64,000 nt of DNA from Dehalococcoidia bacterium (lineage in GTDB: Bacteria > Chloroflexota > Dehalococcoidia > Lucifugimonadales > UBA3495): assembly GCA_965220105.1 (NCBI GenBank), contig OZ244811.1:2819136-2883135 (forward strand). Direction: 5' to 3'. Positions within the stretch are counted from its first letter, which is position 1. Every line of letters starts with the position of its first letter. Positions 61,903 through 64,000 of the stretch are shown here, piece after piece. The notes below the pieces were generated by a model, which worked only from the letters and a program-made list of their open reading frames with translations, did no database searches and was not told the origin of the DNA. The position numbers and the translations under genes were made by a program.

Positions 61903-61917
61903 GGCAATTTCATTATA
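61903..61917 (-). promoter_or_regulatory. -10 box TATAAT 9 nt upstream of ATG (possible leaderless transcript)
   Basis: The minus strand reads cggccggcTATAATgaaattgccATG. The hexamer is at 61917-61912. Confidence 0.35.
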
Positions 61918-62089
61918 GCCGGCCGGACTCCCTTACCGTATCGGCTATCGTCGCAATCTGGCCCTTTCGATCCCCGGGAACCATCTCGGCAGTCGGCTGG
62001 CGACCCCCTATAAGCATGGCTGGGTGACCCTGCGACAAGCTCAGGGTGAGCGGTGGTATCGGCTGGGTGGGAAACCGGCATACCCGGTG

Positions 62090-62482
62090 TTATCCCCGGT
62101 TGCGCGACCGCCGCACCGAGAAGGATGTGCCCCGCTGCTTTCGCATCCATCGCAAAAAACCCGCCACTTGGGGATTCGTCCGCAGCAACTCCACGCTGTA
62201 CAGTTCTTCGGCCAGGGTGGTTACGGAAAACAGGGCGTGAACCTGGCGGTGGCAGGTGGGACACAGCGGCGCCGTTGCACCGTGGTTGCCGCCGCGAGCG
62301 CGTGGCACCAGGTGGTGCATGGTGATGCGGTCGACGGTCCGTTGGCAGAGGGCGCATCCGTCGAAGGCATGAGCTCGGCGTGGCGCGGAAGGGGGCGCGG
62401 CGGGTCGGCCCGGTGCGGCGGCAACCGACCCCTGGGTCGCGCCGCGGCCCCGGGAGCGCGAACCCGCGTTGTGCCTAGCCAC
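62090..62482 (-). CDS. HNH endonuclease (small, YajD-like size)
   Basis: 130-aa ORF. CALCQRTVDRITMHHLVPRARGGNHGATAPLCPTCHRQVH carries the HNH/zinc-ribbon motif. Arg-rich N-terminus. Confidence 0.75.
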   Translation of the reverse strand: MARHNAGSRSRGRGATQGSVAAAPGRPAAPPSAPRRAHAFDGCALCQRTVDRITMHHLVPRARGGNHGATAPLCPTCHRQVHALFSVTTLAEELYSVELLRTNPQVAGFLRWMRKQRGTSFSVRRSRNRG

Positions 62483-62972
62483 TGTCCGCCAAATCGGGCC
62501 GTTCCTGGAACCGCCAGCCGGGGAGGTCCACCTGCCACGCCGAATCCTCCAGCAGCATGGGAATGACCAACCCGGACATCATTCTGCTGTGTTGCACCAC
62601 AGTTTCGTCGAGCACGCCGAAGGGCAGGAACACGAAAGCGTGTATATCGTCGATGTAGCGGGTGGGCGCCGCTGCCAGGTCGGTCAGATCCTCCAGCGGC
62701 CAGAGCCGCAACACGGTGGTGCGGAAGTCGTCCAGCAGCGAGGGCCGCATGGGATGGCCGGAGTCGTAGGCCGCCCGGTAGGCCACCTGCATGTCGATGC
62801 TGTTGCGGGTGGCCCACACGCCGAGACGCATCCCCCGGGTTTCCTTGGAGAGCATCGACCAGGCCAGGTCCATGTCGCCGTCCCGTATCGATTCGGCAAA
62901 TAGACCGGCCCGTTGGCCCACCTCATCGGGCTCCTGACTGCGGCGATGTCCGGGGATGCGCATAATATTCAC
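62475..62972 (-). CDS. Hypothetical protein (165 aa)
   Basis: ORF with native-like composition. 8-nt overlap with the HNH start and 6 nt after the DUF3800 stop. No family recognised. Confidence 0.5.
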   Translation of the reverse strand: MNIMRIPGHRRSQEPDEVGQRAGLFAESIRDGDMDLAWSMLSKETRGMRLGVWATRNSIDMQVAYRAAYDSGHPMRPSLLDDFRTTVLRLWPLEDLTDLAAAPTRYIDDIHAFVFLPFGVLDETVVQHSRMMSGLVIPMLLEDSAWQVDLPGWRFQERPDLADSG

Positions 62973-62978
62973 CCAAGT

Positions 62979-63755
62979 TCAGATAAGGCGCGAAACGCAT
63001 CCCGGACAATCGCAAGGGTTATCATACTGATTCCGGTAATGATGTAAACCGTGAATTGATCCGCCTTCCCGGTCGAAGAAATCCGATATTACATCGAAAA
63101 ACTCGGCGTCCTCTTGTTCAAATTTCCGCCATATCGCATACGAAACCAAGTCGGCGTATTGGATGAGGCGTGTCGCTTTGGAATCTACGAAAAGCGGGAC
63201 ATCTACCAAGTTACGAGTAACTCCCCACCGATGTCCCAGCGTTCTGAACTCGGTAGCCAAGGATTGCAGTCGCGTTTCCTGGGATGATTTATCCAAGATG
63301 ATGAGCCCACGCTGGTTGTTGCCATTGCGGTAAAGGCGCGCGAGGAATTGGTCAAATCTACTGCAAATCTGCTCAAAAGCGTATTCTATCGCGTCATCAG
63401 GCGAAAGTGCGCTCTTATCAACCCCAACGCCAAACAATTCCCACTCGCCGCGTAACGTCCGTGCGGTCAGCAGAATGTCCACTATGACCGAGCGGCGTTC
63501 CATCCGCACCATTTTTCACCACCAGCCATCGCCCTTCCGGATCGGATTTCCGTGGAACTCGACACGGTCCGGCGCCGGATTACCAAGGCGTTCAGCCAAT
63601 CTTCCAGCCAGTCGGTCCAACTCGACCTGGAGCCAATGAGCCTGACGTTCAAACATCGCAATGCCAGCGAGAACGAAATGCTTGTCGTCGCGATTGCCAA
63701 CGGAGCCGGCATCGTCCAAGTAGAGCAGGTGCATAATAGAAAGACGGCCGGGCAA
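62979..63755 (-). pseudogene. DUF3800 family gene interrupted by one in-frame TGA
   Basis: ORFs 63516..63755 (MHLLYLDDAGS...EFHGNPIRKGDGWW) and 62979..63512 (...TRLIQYADLVSYAIWRKF) are in the same frame, separated only by the TGA at 63518-63516. Low GC. Confidence 0.7.
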
Positions 63756-63891
63756 GAACCATGTCTTGTCAGACTGATGTATAAGTCAGCCTTCCCAACC
63801 GTACATACATGGTAATAACGCGCCGAGCCGGTTGTCAACATTTTGACGCCAGATCGCGCGAATCAGAACAAAATTGGCGATAGTGGCCCAA

Positions 63892-64000
63892 TCAATAACC
63901 GATGGCGTAGCCGTCGTAGCGGGGGTCGGCGGCGCCGTGGATAGCGCCGGTGTTTGGGTCGATATGCAGCGCCATCTCCCGTCCGGTGACGCCGTCCCAC
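63892..64000 (-). CDS. ggt: Gamma-glutamyltransferase, C-terminal end (partial)
   Basis: Own translation of the minus strand: WDGVTGREMALHIDPNTGAIHGAADPRYDGYAIGY-stop, the typical GGT C-terminus. The ORF runs off the window. Confidence 0.55.
   Translation of the reverse strand, partial: WDGVTGREMALHIDPNTGAIHGAADPRYDGYAIGY

Noticed and set aside
63516-63518. TGA in DUF3800 as selenocysteine or programmed read-through; likewise the TAG at 38156-38158
   Set aside because: No SECIS-like hairpin is evident immediately downstream. The family is not known to be a selenoprotein family. Both lesions sit in low-GC, apparently decaying islets, so simple nonsense mutations are the more economical explanation.
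1-64000. tRNA, rRNA, tmRNA and RNase P genes
   Set aside because: I scanned the intergenic spacers longer than 100 nt and saw no cloverleaf-compatible sequence with a CCA/T-loop (GTTCRANYC) signature and no rRNA-like stretches. This was a by-eye check only; tRNAscan-SE or Infernal would confirm it.

Overview
GC-rich bacterial chromosomal segment. The repeat families and gene set look Chloroflexota-like to me, but that is inference only. The backbone is housekeeping and metabolic. It holds a minus-strand nitrate-assimilation cluster (narK partial, nirD, nirB, nasA), sfsA plus an EndoIII-related gene, pyrF, two MFS transporters and gyrA. It also holds a conserved membrane trio (FAD oxidoreductase, UPF0104 flippase-like protein, TIGR03663-like GT-C protein), two tandem moeA paralogues, a CoA-transferase, an S9 peptidase, a GatC/AtzG-like plus amidase pair, galU, an acyl-CoA dehydrogenase, alaS-ruvX, dapB-asd-dapA, cmk-plsC, and an operon of M20 hydrolase, ABC exporter and FAD oxidoreductase. 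Accessory content sits in visibly lower-GC islets: a PvuII-like Type II R-M pair (13.7-15.0 kb); a BglII-like R-M pair whose methylase is split by a 1459-bp IS with a 5-bp target duplication (34.2-37.2 kb); an IS256-family element (43.5-44.8 kb); vapBC; a NYN-domain gene; and a DUF3800(pseudogene)-unknown-HNH cassette (62.1-63.8 kb). The most striking non-genic signal is a family of long-hairpin repeats (core GTCATTGCGAG...CTCGCAATGAC). There are at least 11 full or half copies, including four head-to-tail 129-bp units that fill the nasA-nirB spacer. A second short hairpin family (CCCTCTCCC-N5-GGGAGAGGG followed by GGGGTGAGGG) is also present. I recognised no rRNA, tRNA or CRISPR array. I did not find a clear-cut novel multi-gene system; the best follow-up candidates are listed in findings with calibrated scores.
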